Of a stretch of DNA of 64,000 nt, positions 63,522 through 64,000 are shown piece by piece. The stretch is from Planctomycetota bacterium. Its GTDB lineage: Bacteria > Planctomycetota > GCA-2746535. Within the stretch, counting starts at the first letter, position 1. Each line of letters begins with the position of its first letter. A program made the position numbers and the translations under genes. The DNA is taken from positions 23,577 through 87,576 of the forward strand of contig NVWA01000022.1 of assembly GCA_002746535.1 (NCBI GenBank), written 5' to 3'. The notes under the pieces are model-generated. The model did no database searches. It was given only the letters and a program-made list of their open reading frames with translations, and had not been told where the DNA came from.

Positions 63522-64000
63522 TCTTTATTACTCTTCTTCTCGAGTTTTTTATTTTTTGAAGATTTTTTAGACTTTTTAGATTTTTTAGACTTTTTAGATT
63601 TTTTTTTCGCTAAAAAATCATCGAAGCTTAATTCCTTAAAACCCCAGAAACTGCGTCTACGATTCTTTTTTACATACTCATCATGAAACTCGAGATATGC
63701 TTTCATTTTCCCTAAAATCTCTTCGCTATCGTTACTAAGCTCCCCAGGCATAAACACTTTTTTCTCATCTTTATTAACCCAATCCACAATTTTTACTTTA
63801 AGAACAAATATCAGCTGAGTAGAAACATTTTCAATACGATTGCTTTTAAATAAGTTACCTATCACAGGTATACTCCCTAAAACAGGGATCTTCTTAACGC
63901 TAGTAAGATCTACTTTTTTAAGCAACCCGCCTATCGTAATCAACTCTCCATTATTAACAGAAAGAGTCGTATTTGTATTACGAACAGCAATAATTGGTTG
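63518..64000 (-). CDS. Secretin (GspD/PilQ family) C-terminal part with a lysine-rich (KKS)n tail; gene continues beyond the window end
   Basis: The frame stays open to position 64000 (...NTNTTLSVNNGELITIGGLLKK...). KKIPVLGSIPVIGNLFKS...TQLIFVLKVKI is the conserved secretin C-domain motif. The tail KKSKKSKKSKKSKKSS is encoded by a 9-bp tandem repeat at about 63555-63610. Confidence 0.6.
   Translation of the reverse strand, partial: QPIIAVRNTNTTLSVNNGELITIGGLLKKVDLTSVKKIPVLGSIPVIGNLFKSNRIENVSTQLIFVLKVKIVDWVNKDEKKVFMPGELSNDSEEILGKMKAYLEFHDEYVKKNRRRSFWGFKELSFDDFLAKKKSKKSKKSKKSKKSSKNKKLEKKSNKE

Overview
This 64-kb window looks like mostly core chromosome from a low-GC bacterium (about one-third GC by eye). 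I cannot assign a lineage from sequence alone. No mobile elements or CRISPR arrays were found.

Main contents:
- **Housekeeping genes:** recN, pgsA-like, dnaE, dprA, gap, tatA, cheY-like, rluA-family, yajC-secDF, tgt, ruvAB, folC, hemJ, serA-serC with a DUF1015 gene, proA, msrAB.
- **Propionate catabolism:** a GntR-family regulator followed by a complete prpB-prpC-prpD methylcitrate operon, with two palindromic operator candidates.
- **tRNA island:** tRNA-Arg(ACG) on the minus strand and tRNA-Thr(TGT) plus tRNA-Tyr(GTA) on the plus strand.
- **Coupled export operon:** a secretin C-terminus, an HlyD-type adaptor, an ABC ATPase and an FtsX-type permease, all with overlapping stop and start codons.

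Regions worth a second look:
1. Two tandem copies of a ~185-bp non-coding repeat next to the tRNA island. Each carries a GC-rich hairpin. In one copy the hairpin loop holds a ~100-bp AT-rich insertion flanked by a ~33-bp inverted repeat, which is MITE-like or structured-RNA-like. A C10 homopolymer lies between the copies.
2. A cluster of single-domain response-regulator genes: two intact, two C-terminal remnants (one with an in-frame TAA), plus a small helical protein, and no kinase in the window.
3. A protein with a TPR N-terminus and two tandem RNA-polymerase alpha-CTD-like domains, encoded directly upstream of ruvA-ruvB.
4. A three-gene module built on a short ExeA-like AAA ATPase with overlapping start and stop codons to its neighbours, between a proline-repeat membrane protein and a 544-aa poly-acidic protein.
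5. dnaE translationally coupled to a secreted 521-aa protein of unknown function and then dprA.
6. A Met-rich beta-barrel-like outer membrane protein with a 327-bp leader, possibly copper-related.
7. The secretin gene has a (KKS)n tail encoded by a slippage-prone 9-bp tandem repeat.

Functions are inferred from recognisable family motifs read off the ORF translations. No database searches were possible.
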